From Octopus sinensis (Eukaryota), in the NCBI RefSeq assembly GCF_006345805.1, contig NC_043001.1, forward strand, positions 87,916,001-87,980,000: a stretch of DNA of 64,000 nt, given 5' to 3'. The position numbers and the translations under genes are program-made. Under the pieces are notes generated by a model. The model was not told the origin of the DNA. It saw nothing but the letters and a program-made list of their open reading frames with translations, and did not search any database. Positions 63,986-64,000 of the stretch are shown here, one piece after another. Within the stretch, counting starts at the first letter, position 1. Every line of letters begins with the position of its first letter.

Positions 63986-64000
63986 CATGTATATATGTAT
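63250..64000. repeat. Compound (TA)/(TG) satellite with a 30-bp unit and a higher-order duplication of about 460 bp
   Basis: gtgcatgtgtatatgtatatatgtatgtat units. The block starting at about 63300 repeats at about 63760. Confidence 0.85.

Noticed and set aside
53024-64000. Search for the final STUB1 exon (RVGHFDPVTR...)
   Set aside because: No matching sequence was seen by eye, so it is presumed to lie beyond the window. The same applies to TPR exons 1-2 upstream of 8147. A tBLASTn would be decisive.

Overview
This window is AT-rich, repeat-dense animal genomic DNA. The repeat families look like those of Octopus (coleoid cephalopod); that assignment is from recall and was not checked against a database. 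It lies entirely inside one + strand gene, STUB1/CHIP (chaperone-dependent U-box E3 ligase). Four internal coding exons are present (8147-8312, 24803-24878, 36251-36307, 52907-53023; 416 nt), with canonical AG/GT sites and compatible phases. They match human exons 3-6. The TPR-encoding 5' exons and the last U-box exon were not found and presumably lie outside the window. The introns (11-17 kb) are filled with tRNA-derived SINEs, RTE, CR1-like and R4/Dong non-LTR remnants, a full-length dead mariner, Helitron, piggyBac and Tc1 MITEs, Penelope-like remnants, and micro/minisatellites. The most unusual structure is a set of long fold-back palindromes and hammerhead-ribozyme-like motifs. The best example is a 469-bp palindrome (25488-25956) with a hammerhead core in each arm. 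Its only arm-to-arm mismatch destroys the catalytic GAAA of the copy that would be transcribed in the STUB1 pre-mRNA. No prokaryote-type systems (CRISPR, operons) are supported. Repeat boundaries are approximate unless a TSD or TIR is cited.
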